Origin: Haliotis cracherodii
Taxonomy: Eukaryota
Length of the DNA stretch: 64,000 nt
Direction: 5' to 3'
Assembly: GCF_022045235.1 (NCBI RefSeq)
Contig: NW_027266271.1
Span: 4,836,001-4,900,000 of the forward strand
The position numbers and the translations under genes are program-made. This document shows positions 24,121-37,800 of this stretch, in pieces; position 1 is the stretch's first letter, and every line of letters begins with the position of its first letter. The notes beneath the pieces were generated by a model. It saw only the letters and a list, made by a program, of their open reading frames with translations. It made no database searches and was not told the DNA's origin.

Positions 24121-26100
24121 AAGACTAACATTAACTGATCTCTATGGACCAAATAGTGATGACCCGATTTCTATAAAGATCTATTTAATTATATGGACCA
24201 CTACGAAATGATTTATTAGTTATTGTGGATGACTGGAACCTCATTCTTAATCGTGTTGATATAGAAAATTCTGAAAATATATATAACCCTAAAGGAAGAC
24301 GGGTAGTATTGTCAAAAATAGAATCGTTAAATATGATAGATATATGGGGAGAACTAAAAACAAGACGTAAAGAAATTTACATGGCGGGAGAAAAAACCTA
24401 GTCAACAAGCTAGGCTGGACTTAGTGTTTGAAGATATAAGACATATGACATTGGAAACAAATATTTTACCGGGACACAAGTGACCACTCAGTCATAACAT
24501 TATCATTCTCTGATACAATAAATCATGAAATAGGACGCGAATGTTGGAAATTACATTCTTCACTCTATTAAATAAAGATTATACAGATCTTGCTATGACA
24601 GTAACATAGACGAAACTAAAAAAGAATACAGTACCATCGAACAAAGTGAATTAGGTATCAAATGTATAGATGACATAGAGGGGAAAACGATTTCATTTTC
24701 TTCCTTCATTAAAATAGAAATTATGTCAGTAAACTAATAAACAAAATAATAACTGAAGATGATAGTGTATATTGGGTGAGTTAAGAAACTTTATATAAAA
24801 ATTAAATACATCTGCTGGCAATGATGACAGAAGTTACAAAAATTTCACAAATTTAGTGATTCCAACATTGGACAACCAAATGAAAAAACCTTTTAAAAAG
24901 AGAAATCGAGCGTGAAGAAGAAATTTCATTTGTAGTTAAAATCACGAAAAACAATAAAAACCCTGGTATCGTTGGCTTTACTATTGAATTATTTATGTTT
25001 TTTTTCTGGAAAGAACTCAAATTCGGTATATACAGATTTGTACTAATAACAAAAGGAGTAAAACAATAAAAAGAGGAGTTATAGTTTGTATACCAAAATC
25101 AAATAAAAACAGAACATGGATAAAAAATTGGAGACATTTTGGAATGCACTACAAAATAATTAGTACTTGTACTGCAAACCGTATAAAAGTAACATTAGAA
25201 TTGCTCATTCATAATAACCAAACAGGATTTATTTCAAGAAGATTCATTTCAGAAAACACAAGATTGTTATACGACATTATCTTTGAAACAAAAAGACAAA
25301 ATATACCAGGTTTACTTCTACTGATATATATGGAAAAGTGATACATTTTGATACGGTATCAAAACAATTTATAAACAAAGTTTTACAAAAATATGGATTT
25401 GGACCTGAAATGATAAGGTGGATACTTACGATAGTACATCAAACATAAAACAAAATGGACATCTATCGGAATGTTTTACAATTGAAAGAGACTTTCGACA
25501 AGGTAACCCATTGTCGCCATATGGCACAATAAGCAATTTGAAGTACCGGTATTATGAATTATATTTAATCCATGCTTAAGTGAACTCTGTACAATCAATA
25601 CAAAAAGAAAGCTAGAGGAAATAAATAGACTGCAAGAAGTAAATAGACTAGAGAAATTAGTCATAAATACTTTAGCATTTTCAAAACTTGTTCACATACT
25701 TTCGACACGTTTAGATTTTTCAATACAGATTTCTAAATAGAAATATCTACACAAAGAAGGGTAACAGTGTTAACAATGAGTATTGTAGACAACAATGAGG
25801 ATACCTGCCATGTGGGAATGTGATGAGACTAAACAATTTTGGAATGGTCTCGAACTTTAGCTGAGTAACTATCTTTCACAAACAAATATGAATATCATAT
25901 TTGGTTTGGTTCTAACTAATCTAATCAATCATATTCGGAAAAATGCATATTCAGGTAGTTGGAATCAAAGGAATCAAACCGAAAAAAGATATACTTTTAA
26001 AACTACTTCAAAGCATATATTCACTCGAGAAATTTATTGCTATAAAAAGGATGACGAAAAGAACTTTAACAAAAAATGGTCAATCTCAGCATTTGATCCT
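24121..26100 (+). mobile_element. Decayed, internally deleted L1/Tx1-like LINE ORF2, related to 40028-44511
   Basis: LTLTDLYGPNSDDP, DWNL, FTW, QARLD (APE endonuclease); ANRIKVTLELLIHNNQTGFISRRFISENTRLLYDII (RT, ORF 25144..25341); RQGNP. Confidence 0.88.
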
Positions 26101-26276
26101 CAGCTCTTTGTTGATACATGCTATGTTTGAGTCTGATTGTGTGTTGCAACCTGTTCCGTTTGAAATGTGACGCTGTTTGTTTCAAAACCTTTAAATTTTG
26201 AAGAGTGTATTGTGTCATTATATTGCAATCCAATATTTGTCTTGACGGAATGCTGTATGACTCTAGAACTCTTGCA

Positions 26277-26372
26277 ACAACAGGTTACAATATACTCACC
26301 ACAAACTAGGAGAGGTAGACACCCTTGAAAGAATACAATACACTCACCACAAACTAGTAGAGGTAGACACCA
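26277..26372. repeat. Two diverged units of the 49-bp satellite resuming after the LINE pair
   Basis: TACAATA(T/C)ACTCACCACAAACTAG(G/T)AGAGGTAGACACC twice; similar to units at 21320-21620 and 22590-22635. Confidence 0.6.
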
Positions 26373-26879
26373 TGGAGAGGTGGGACTTTTATCCTGTGTG
26401 GATAACGTCCGGGTCGGCTTTTGTCCTATGGGGCTTTTATCCACAGGGTTTATGCTCTGCTCCCGATTAATCGACTTTTCTTGAAAGTGTCAAAATCAGG
26501 AATGACACACTACGCACGTGTGTGGCGCTACTGCGCGAGGCACGTGCAAACTATAGGATGTGGTTTGGTGTTTAGTTTTACAGACATAAACTTACTTGCA
26601 CGGAAAGTTTGTCGTCAACACTTATCTCTGTTCTAATACTTGGTATTAAGATTTAAATTTCATGAGGATACGAAAAGGCGAGGATTTGGGTCTTTCCCAC
26701 ATTTAGACCCCAAACACTTTTAGCTCCTAAATGATATTCTTCTCGTACCTGTTGTGCTTTAAGTGTGCTACAGTGGGCAGTGATATTTTACAGATACTAG
26801 ATACTGGTTAAGTATGGTACACTGGATAAAGGTGTCTTTATGGTACTAGATACCGATTGAGTGTGCTACACTGGAAGGC

Positions 26880-27778
26880 AGAAGGCACGCAAATGTACCA
26901 ACTAGTGGCAGAAGAGTGAGTAGCCTGATGCCCTCGGAGACACCAGCTAGTGGCAGAAGAAGAGTGAGTAGCTTGATGCCTTCGGAGACACCAGCTAGTG
27001 GCAGAAGAGTGAGTAGCCTGATGCCCTCGGAGACACCAGCTAGTGGCAGAAGAAGAACAAGTACCCTGATGGCCTCGGAGACACCACCTAGTGGCAGAAG
27101 AAGAACGAGTAGCCTGTTGCCCTCGGAGACACCAGCTAGTGGCAGAAGAAGAACGAGTAGCCTGATGCCCTCGGAGACACCAGCTAGTGGCAGAAGAAGA
27201 ACGAGTAGCCTGATGCCTTCGGAGACACCAGCTAGTGGCAGAAGAAGAGTGAGTAGCCTGATGCCTTCGGAGACACCAGCTAGTGGCAGAAGAAGAGTGA
27301 GTAGCCTGTTGCCCTCGGAGACACCAGCTAGAGGCAGAAGAAGAACGAGTAGCCTGATGCCTTCGGAGACACCAGCTAGTGGCAGAAGAAGAGTGAGTAG
27401 CCTGTTGCCCTCGGAGACACCAGCTAGAGGCAGAAGAAGAACGAGTAGCCTGATGCCTTCGGAGACACCAGCTAGTGGCAGAAGAAGAACGAGTAGCCTG
27501 ATGCCTTCGGAGACACCAGCTAGTGGCAGAAGAAGAGTGAGTAGCCTGATGCCTTCGGAGACACCAGCTAGAGGCAGAAGAAGAGTGAGTAGCCTAATGC
27601 CTTTAGAGACACTAGCTAGAGACAGAAGAAGAACGAGTAGCCTGATGCCTTGGGAGACACCAGCTAGGGGCAGAATGAGAACGAATAGCCTGATGCCTTT
27701 AGAGACACCAACTAGAGGCAGAAGAAGAGTGAGTAAGTAGCCTGATGCCTTCGGAGACACCAGCTAGTGGCAGAAGAG
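26880..27778. repeat. 48-bp minisatellite (GATGCCTTCGGAGACACCAGCTAGTGGCAGAAGAAGAGTGAGTAGCCT), about 19 copies
   Basis: 16-aa periodicity on both strands (ORFs 26916..27740 and 26846..27760). Confidence 0.96.
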
Positions 27779-28269
27779 TTGATTGTTGAACTACTATAGA
27801 TATCGTATAAGCAATGACAAAACAGCATAGGGCGAAATTCGTGTATAGGATAATCTGTGTTGATATTTCACATCCTGTGTGAGGTGATAGTCCCTATCTT
27901 TGTTCTATGATTAACAGCGTTGTTTTGTCTTCTTCGTGCCCTACAAATCAACAGCACTGCAATTGAAAGATCAGTGAGCGATGTTGGAAATTTATTGTCT
28001 GTACACATCGTTTCCGATTTACAGAAAGAACACATATCTGTGGTTTTGCTAGCGCACGGAACAGTTGAATCATTCTTTGGAATCTAAGTAATAATTCTAT
28101 TAACATCTTTATATCTATATGTCATCCCAGAAGTGTAGACGATGTTTTCTTTGTCGGCTGATCAATAAAGAACGAATAATGTCATGTTAGTGAGGCACAA
28201 AACGTTAATACGTCTGTGCTTCCAGACATGGTAGATCTATCAACTGGCTGGTATACCACTGTTTCAGTT

Positions 28270-29900
28270 GCCCTCTTACCCACGTGTCAATGAAAAAAAC
28301 CCTCAAATCTTCTTAGTTACCAACGTGTCAGTGTAGTAGCCCCTCACATCTTCTTCCGTACCAACGTGTCAGTGCAGTAGCCCCTCACAGCTTCTTCCTC
28401 ACCCACATGTAAGTGTTGTAGATCATCACATCTTCATCAACCAAGTGTCAGTGCAGAAGTCCCTCACTTCTTCTCCTTCCTTACCCACGTGTCAGTGTAG
28501 TAGCCCCTCATATCTTCTTCCTCAATCACATATCAGTGTAGTAGCCCCTCACATCTTCTTCCTAATTGACGTGTCGGTGTAGTAGCCCCTCACATCTTCT
28601 TCCTTATGCATGTGTCAGTGTAGTAGCCCCTCACGTCTTCTTCCTTAACCACGTGTCAGTTTAGCAGCCCCTCACATCTTCTTCCTGATTGACGTGTCAG
28701 TGTAGTAGCCCCTCACATCTTCTTCCTTATGCATGTGTCAGTGTAGTAACCCCTCACATCTTCTTCCTAATTGACGTGTCAGTGTAGTAGCCCCTCACAT
28801 CTTCTTCCTTATGCATGTGTCAGTGTAGTAGCCCCTCACATCTTCTTCTTTATGCACTTGTCAGTGTAGTAGCCTCTCACATCTTCTTCCTTAACCACGT
28901 GTCAGTTTAGTAACCCCTCACATCTTCTTCCTAATTGACGTGTCAGTGTAGTAGCCCCTCACATCTTCTTCCTTATGCATGTGTCAGTGTAGTAGCCCCT
29001 CACATCTTCTTCTTTATGCACTTGTCAGTGTAGTAGCCTCTCACATCTTCTTCCTTAACCACGTGTCAGTGTAGTAGCCCCTCACATCTTCTTCCTTATG
29101 CATGTGTCAGTGTAGTAGCCCCTTACATCTTCTTCCTTATGCACTTGTCAGTGTAGTAGCCCATCACATCTTCTTCCTTAACCACGTGTCAGTTTAGTAG
29201 CCGCTCACAACTTCCTAATTGACGTGTCAGTGTAGTAGCCCCTCACATCTTCTTCCTTATGCATGTGTCAGTGTAGTAGCCCCTCACATCTCCTTCATGC
29301 CCACGTGTTAGTTTAGTAGCTCCTCACTTCTTCTCCTTCCTCATCCACGAGTCAGTGTAGTAGCCCCTCCCATCTCCTTTCTTACCCACGTGTCAGCGTA
29401 TAACCCCTCGCATCTTCTTCCTTACCAACGTGTCAGTGTATTAGCCCCTCACATCTTTTTCCTTACCCAAGTGACAGTGTAGTAGCCCCTTGCATCTCCT
29501 TCCTTACCCAAGTGTCAGTGTAGTAGCCCCTCCCATTTCCTTTCTTACCCACGTGTTAGTGTAGTAGCCCCTCCCATCTCATTTCTTACCCACGTGTCAG
29601 TGTAGTAGCCCCTTACATCTTCTACTTTATGCACGTGTCCACGCTCCACATAGCAACGTCCTTACCCATTGTAGTAGCTCATGGGTTTAGTGTAGTAGCT
29701 CCTAGTAACTCCTTACTTATATACGTGTCAGTGCAGTAGCCCTCACAACTCATTCCTAACCCACGTGTCAGTGTAGAAGCTCCTAGTAACTCCTTCTTTC
29801 CATACATGTCAGTGTGGTAGCACCTAGTGTGGTGGCCTCTGACAACTCCTTCTTTACCAACGTGCCAGTGTGGTAGATCCTTGTGTGGTGGCCTCTGACA
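28270..29900. repeat. 41-bp minisatellite (GTGTCAGTGTAGTAGCCCCTCACATCTTCTTCCTTATGCAT) switching to a 56-bp unit at ~29790
   Basis: GTGTCAG at 28694 and 28735; the last two units carry the extra TGTGGTGGCCTCTG segment. Confidence 0.94.
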
Positions 29901-31493
29901 TATTACATATATATTGGAAGAAGATCATATACACATGTATCATATTGATTTTTGGTGTAATTAAATGGACAATTAGCATGTGCTATTTACAAGTTTACAC
30001 TTGCTTACAATATATACATTGTTTTGCTTAAGCAACTTCGGATGACTTCATCCCACTTTTTAACTGCACCGCCAATATTTATCATGGTTTATGTCCATAC
30101 ATTGTAGTCCATCTTCAAGTTGTTCAGGTAAACCTCCAAGCAGAAAAGACAGAAAGGTGTCATCGTCTGTCCAGATTCTAACAAATATTTTAACATCAAG
30201 CAAATCAATGATTTTATCAAATAAGATATTTCTTTCTTCTAAATTCTTTTGACATGACATGAAAACGTGTTCCACAAATACTTTCCTTTGGTTCTATTGG
30301 CATTGAACCTTAGCGAACTAGTCTAGCTGAAGAAGTAAAATATTCTGGTCTATCAAGAGCAAGTTTCCATAATCTATGTTCTCGTCCAGATCGTATTTTT
30401 AGATATCTAGATAGAGATAATCTACTCAGAAGCGCATTGTTTAGTACTTGTTTTTCGTGGACCTTTTCTTTCACCAGTTTTGACCATAATCGTTCCTCGG
30501 TTAAATGTGAACACAATCATTAACCTCGTCAGACAAATTATATTTTGAGTCAAGACGTTGCATGCTAACAATAGGTGATTTCGTGTCCCACTTGTTCTTA
30601 TAAACTAGTGTTGCTTTATATCTAAACTGTCCATGTCGGACTAGAAACATTTGCTTGAAAATATACCTTAGGTTTGAATTACATAGCTTACCAAGGAGCA
30701 AAAGCTTTTGTTGATCAATGCATCCTTGTATGGATATAACACCAATTGTGTCTCTCTCGATTTCTTTAGGCATACGCTTATTGAAACCCTGGATTTTCTT
30801 ACAGAAAAAGCGTTGAGCGATTTCGAGCATTTCGTATTCTTTTTTGGATAGCTTTTCCCACAAATGACATCCATATAAGCCACAGGGTAATATCACTCGT
30901 TGCCAGATGCGCACAGCGGCTATAGGATTAAGTCCACCAAAGTACAGACCAGCATCATGGTTTACATTTATCAATTTTCTCAGTTTTGCACATACTAACC
31001 TCGTTCTTTCCACAGAAGTTTTAACAGTACTTATGTACATTCCCGCACAGTCAACTGCCTTACCAATGTACAGATGTTCAGGCGAGCTTATATCCATCAT
31101 ATGTTTTTATAGGACAGTCATTTGTTATACACAGAAGGATAGGCCGATGGTCTGAGACAGCATATGATATATCAGTATTAATGGTAAAACCAATAAAATT
31201 ATTCAGATAATCAACACTCACAAACATTTTGTCTATTATTGTGCTCACATCTTTACATTTGCTTGAGAACGTATAGTTAGTAATATCTTATAATGGTACA
31301 ACTGAATATAGGGTTCGTTTCATTCAGTACCCTTTGAAGACAACGAGATCTCATTCTTTAGACAACAGATTGTCGTATATCTGCATTACAATCTCCAGTA
31401 TGAATAGTAAGACCATGTTGTGAGTATATGTCATACAATTCCATCGCATAGTCCAGCTGTTGGAAATATACACTGTCTAAGATGTTAGTGGAA
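29901..31493 (-). mobile_element. 5'-truncated decayed RTE-X-like LINE fragment inside the 56-bp satellite
   Basis: ORF 30501..31100 (GLNPIAAVRIWQRVILPCGLYGCHLW...AQRFFCKKIQGF) is homologous to 22998..23897; EHVFMSC knuckle remnant. Flanked by GACA at 29897-29900 and 31494-31497. Confidence 0.85.
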
Positions 31494-32103
31494 GACAACT
31501 CCTTCTTTACCAAAGTGTCAGTGTGGGAGTTCCATGTGTTGTGGCCTCTGACAATTCCTTCTTTACCTACGTGTCAGTGTGGTAGCTCCTTGTGTTGTGA
31601 AGTCTGACAATTCCATCTTAACCCAAGTGGCAGTGTGGCAGCCCCTTGTGTTGTGACCTCTGACAACTCCTTCTTTACCCACGTGGCAGTGTGGTAGCTC
31701 CTTTTGTTGTGGCCTCTGACAATTCCTTCTTTGCCAAAGTGTCAGTGTGACAGCTCCTTGGGTTGTGAAGTCTGGAAACTCCTTCTTTACCAAAGTGTCA
31801 GTGTGGTAGCTCCTTGTGTTGTGAAGTCTGACAACCCCATCTTTACCAAAGTGTCAGTGTGGTAGCTCCTTGTGTTGTGAAGTCTGACAACCCCTTCTTT
31901 ACCCACGTGTCAGTGTGGAAGGTCCTTGTGTTGTGACCTCTGACAATTCCTTCTTTACCCAAGTGGCAGTGTGGTAGCTCCTTGTTTTGTGACCTCTGAC
32001 AACTCCTTCTTTACCCACGTGTCAGTGTGGAAGCTCTTTGTGTGGTGGCCTCTGACAACTCTTTCTGTACCCAAGTGTCACTGTGGCAGCTCTTTGTGTT
32101 GTG
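31494..32103. repeat. 56-bp minisatellite (GTGTCAGTGTGGTAGCTCCTTGTGTTGTGAAGTCTGACAACTCCTTCTTTACCAAA), about 11 copies
   Basis: GTGTCA at 31515 and 31571. Confidence 0.94.
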
Positions 32104-33043
32104 TACTTTACCCCATATGTACGTATAGTGGTCCCCCACAAGTCACTCTTTGCCCGCGTGCCAACGTTTACAGAAATCCTACCTTAATGTACCCAGTCTG
32201 GAATGCCTGTCCTGTGTATACGACAACGGCGACTGATCTTGTATATTCTAAGAGGTTGTTTCTTAACTTGGCTTGCCTTCTGTGTGTCAAGAGTTCAGAG
32301 TGTTCTATGTCGGATATACCCCGTGTACTTCACATTATAAGGAGGTCTTCATTTTTCTTGATGCTTTTCTTTGTTCATATATTCAAGAAGTAACGTTAAA
32401 AATCTGGAACGGCTGCCAAATTGTAGCACTTCTCCAACAGGACCAAGCACGAATAACTCATACAGTATTGTTAGTGATTTGTCAGACACTTTAATCTTGA
32501 AATCTTCGTTTTCATCCAGAAATGATTTTGTCTTCACGCGGTCAAGATTAATGCTCGACTACACAATTAATGTATCATGTATATGCCACCTTCCATTTTC
32601 TGTCTCAAATGCTCTGCCTCTTCACCAACTAACTGCTACGCATTAAGTGACTGTTTCAATCCTGTCGGCCATATTGACATTGTAAGTCAATGTACAACTG
32701 TGCACATACTCCTGAGTTTAGATTGTTGTAGCAGTGTTCATCTGATACATTATTTATCAGTTGTACCTGGACTATTGCTGCAAGTAATATCTAATTATAT
32801 ACCTCGCTGTATGGACCGGTACGTGATACAGGTGCACAAAAGGTGCGTTTTTACGTATGTTAAGTTATTGGAATATGAACTTCGACATGAATTGCGGTTG
32901 TGTTTTCGTATGTAACCCTCCTGTACTCATGTTTTTAATACATGTAATATTCATTGTCTGTAAATAATTCAAAACAATATCTCTCAACAGCTACAACTAA
33001 AAACCCAAACGGTTTCTATGGAAACATGTATTAGCTACCTTAC

Positions 33044-33107
33044 GAGGTGAGGTGATGGGGATTAACGTCGCGTTCAATATTATTGCACTTACGTATTTAT
33101 ATATGTG

Positions 33108-33147
<40 letters not shown>

Positions 33148-33288
33148 TGTGTGTGGCTGCTTGTACTAGTGCGGACTAATGCCTATTTATAGTGCTAGCC
33201 CAATGAGATACCATGTCGCAGTTTAACATGAATACCTTACCCAGACACAGTATACTGACTCCGAGCGGCACTGTCCTTGTTTTAGCCC
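33044..33288 (-). mobile_element. 5'-truncated SINE family 3 remnant containing a (GTGC)n microsatellite (33107-33148)
   Basis: Minus-strand tail AATATTGAACGCGACGTTAATCCCCATCACCTCACCTC; body CTCGGAGTCAGTATACTGTGTCTGGGT...GCTAGCACTATAAA resembles recalled molluscan SINE central domains. Confidence 0.55.
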
Positions 33289-33946
33289 CGACACTGACAC
33301 ATATCACATACCAACAACAACACCTACCTCATCCCAAAATTGACACAAACTAACATACCTTATTCCAACACTGACACCTACCTCACCACAACACTGACAC
33401 TTACCTTCTCCCAACTAAGACACTCCTCGCACACGTCTTAAACTGCACCCCAACGCCGTCATATGCTTCACACACATCTTATACCCAATTCCGACACGAT
33501 ACATACTTCAGACACATGTTAACCTTTACTCCGACACCAACACACATCCGAGACACAATTTATACCTCACCCGACACCGACAAACACTACACACACTTCT
33601 GATATCTCACCCTGATTCTAACACACACAACACACGCCTCTTATATCTCACCCTGACACTGACACACACTACACACACTTCTTATAACTCACCCTGACAC
33701 TGACACACACTACACACGCCTCAGATATCTCACCCTGACACTGACATAATATATACGCACTTCTTATATCTCACCCTGACACTGACAAACACAACACACA
33801 CCTCTGATATCTCACCTTGACAATGACACACACAACACACGCCTCAGATATCTCACCCCGACACTGACACACCCTACAAGCACTTCTGATATCTCACCCT
33901 GACACCGACACACACTACACACGCTTCTTATATCTCACCCTGACAC

Positions 33947-34107
33947 GGGGCGGTCGGGTAGCCTAGTGGTTAAAGCGTTCGCTCGTCAGGGCGAAGACCC
34001 GGGTTCCATTCCCGACATAGGTACAATGTGTGAAGCCCATTTCTGGTGTCCCCCGCCGTGATATTGCTGAAATATTGCTAAAAGCGACGTAAAACCATAT
34101 TCACTCA
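33947..34107 (+). mobile_element. tRNA(Asp)-like SINE, family 1 (mutated B box)
   Basis: TSD CTCACCCTGACAC at 33934-33946 and 34108-34120; B box reads GGTTCCATTCC. Confidence 0.95.
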
Positions 34108-34694
34108 CTCACCCTGACACTGACACACATTACACACACTTCTTATATCTCACCCTAACACTGACACATACTACACACACTTCTCATAACTCACCCTGAC
34201 ACTGACACATACTACACACACTTCTCATAACTCACCCTGACACTGACACATACTACACAAACTTCTGATATCTTACCCTGACACTGACCTACACTACACA
34301 CGCCTCTGATATCTCACCCTGACACTGACACAACATACACGGACTTCTTATATCTCAACCTGACACTGACACATACTACACAGGCCTCTGATATCTCACC
34401 CTGACACTGACAAAACATACACGCACTTCTTATATCTCACCCTGACACTGACACAACCTACACACACTTTTTATGACTCACCCTGACACTGACACATACT
34501 ACACACATTTGTAATATCTCACCCTGACATTGACATACCCTACAGGCACTTCTTATATCTCACCCTGATTCTGACACACACTACACACGCATCTAATATC
34601 TCACCCTGACACTGACAGACTCTACACGCACTTCTGATATCTCACCCTGACACCGACACACACTACACACGCTTCTTATATCTCACCCTGACAC

Positions 34695-34854
34695 AGGGCG
34701 GTCGGGTAGCCTAGTGGTTAAAGCGTTCGCTCGTCACGCCGAAGACCCGGGTTCCATTCCCGACATAGGTACAATGTGTGAAGCCCATTTCTGGCGTCCC
34801 CCGCCGTGATATTGCTGGAATATTGCTAAAACGGCTTAAAACCATACTGACTCA
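34695..34854 (+). mobile_element. tRNA(Asp)-like SINE, family 1 (mutated B box), duplicate of 33947-34107
   Basis: Same TSD, same upstream flank and same private variants GGTTCCATTCCCGACATAGG. Confidence 0.95.
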
Positions 34855-37800
34855 CTCACCCTGACACTGACTTAACATTACACACACTTCTTATATCTCA
34901 CCCTAACACTGACACATACTACACACACTTCTCATAACTCAACCTGACACTGACAGATACTACACAAACTTCTGATATCTCACTCGACACTGGCCTACAC
35001 TACACACGCCTCTGATATCTCACTCTGACACTGACACAACATACACACTTCTGATATCTAACCCTGACACTGACACACACTACACACGCACTTCTGATAT
35101 CTCACCCTGACACTGACACACATTACACACACTTCTTATATCTCACCCTGACACTGACACACATTACACACGCTTCTTATATCTTACCCTGACATCGACA
35201 CAAACCTCACACACCTCTCATGTCTCATCTCGACACCGACACAGATATGAGACACCTCTCATACTTCAACCCGACGACGCACACTTCAGACACCTTTTAT
35301 TACTCACCCCGATACAAAAACCCACTACAGACACCTTTCATACAACACCGTGACACCGAAGCACACTTCACACAGCTCTTATACCTCAACCCCACACCGA
35401 AGCACACTTCACACAGCTCTTATACCTCAACCCGACAACGACACACACTTGACACACCTCTCATACCTCAACCCGACACCGACACACTTCAAACTCCTCA
35501 TATAACTCACCCCGACACCGACACACTTCACATACATCGTATATCTCATTTCGTCACTTAAACACCTCTAATACCTTTCCCTGACAAAGACAAACACTTC
35601 ACACACATCCTATATCTCATTTCGAACTGAAACACACCTCATACCTCTCCCCGACACAAACACACATTTCAGACACCTTTTATTCCACGACCTGACACAG
35701 ACACACACTTCAGACACCTTTTATACCTCAACCCGACACCGACACACACTTGACACACCTCTAATACCTCACCCCGACACCACACATCACATCACACACA
35801 TCTAAATCTCATTTCGACACTAAAACACCTCTTATACCTCACCCCGACACCGACACACACTTCAGACGCCTTTATTCCTCGACCTGACACCAACACACAC
35901 TTCAGACACCTTTTATATCTCACCCCGACACCCGACACCGTCGCATACTTCACACACCTCTAACACCTCACCAGACACCGAAACATACTTCACACACATC
36001 TTATACATCGTTTCGACACTAAAACAGCTCTAATACCTCAACCCGACACTGACACACACTTCACACACATCTTCTACCTCACTTCGACACTAAAGCTCTA
36101 TTACTTTACCCAGACACTGACACATACTTCACACACCTCTTATACCTCACCCAAACACTGACACATACTTCACACACCTTTTATACCTCGGCCCGATACC
36201 GCCTCACACTCTTCACACACATCTTCTATCTCATTTCGACACTGAAACTCCTCTAATACCTCAGCCCGACACCGCCACACAATTCACATGCATTGTTTAT
36301 CTCATTTCGACACAGAAACACCCCTTATGTCTCGACCCGAGACGGAAACACACTTTACACTGTTGTTATCATTTCGACACTGAAATACTCGTACCTCTAA
36401 TGCATCACTCCGACACCGACACACACACTTCACACACATCTTCTACCTCACTTCGACACTGAAACGGCTCTAACACCTCACCCCGACACTGTTTCATACC
36501 TGAAACACCTCTTATAACTGACCCCGACACCAACACACACTACAGACACCTCTTTTACCTCACCTCACCGAAACAAACTTGACACACACTTCAGTCACCT
36601 TTTATTCCTCGACCTCACAACAACACACACTTCAGACAACTTTTATATCTCACCCCGACTCCAACACACACTTCAGTCACCTTCTGTTCCTTGACCTCAC
36701 ACCAACACACACTTCAGACACCTTTTATACCTCAGACCCACACCAACACACACTTCAGACACATTTTATACCCCACCTCGACACCAACACACACTTCAGA
36801 CACATTTTATACCTCACCTCGAAGCCGACACACACTTCAGTCACCTTTTATTCCTCGACCTCACACCAACACACACTTCAGACACCTTTTATACCTCAGA
36901 ACCACACCAACAGACACTTCAGACACCTTTTATACCCCATCTCGACACCAACGCACACTTCAGTCATCTTTTATTCCTCGACCTCACACCAACACACACT
37001 TCAGACACCTTTTATTCCTCAACCTCACTCCAACACACACGTTTATACCTCAGAACCACACCAACACACACTTCAGACACCTTTTATACCTCAAATCGAC
37101 ACCAACACACACTTCAGTCACCTTTTATTCCTCGACCTCACACCAACACACACTTCAGACACCTTTTATACCTCAGACCAACATCAATATTCACCTCAAA
37201 CACCTGTTATACCTCACCCCGACACCAACGTAAAGTTCAGACACCTTTTGTACCTCAAACCCACACCAACATACACTTGAAACACTTCTAATACTTTACC
37301 CCGTCACCAACACACACTTCAGATACCTGTTATACCTCAGAACCACACCAACACACACTTCAGACACCTTTATATACCTCACCTCAACACCGACACACAC
37401 TTCAGTCACCTTTTATTCCTCGATCTCACACCAACACACACTTCAGACACCTTTTATACCTCAGAACCACACCAAGAGACACTTTAGACACCTTTATATA
37501 CCTCATCTCGAGACCAACGCACACTTCAGACACCTTTTATTCCTCGACCTCCCACCAACACACACTTCAGACACCTTTTATACCTCAGACCCACACCAAC
37601 ACAAACTTCAGACACCTTTATATACCTCACCTCGACACCGACACACACTTCAGTCACCTTTTATTCCTCGATCTCATACCAACACACACTTCAGACACCT
37701 TTTATACCTCAGAACCACACCAAGAGACACTTTAGACACCTTTATATACCTCATCTCGACACAAACACACACTTCAGACACCTTTTATTCCTCGACCTCA

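Noticed and set aside
26196-26209. TTTTGAAGAGTGTA identical to the Tc1 end at 59291-59304
   Set aside because: Same orientation, 33 kb apart and only 14 bp; at most an orphan TIR, not a partner end.
31628-31650. TGGCAGTGTGG resembling the miR-34 5' end
   Set aside because: A variant of the 56-bp satellite unit with no hairpin. No other conserved miRNA was recognised by eye.
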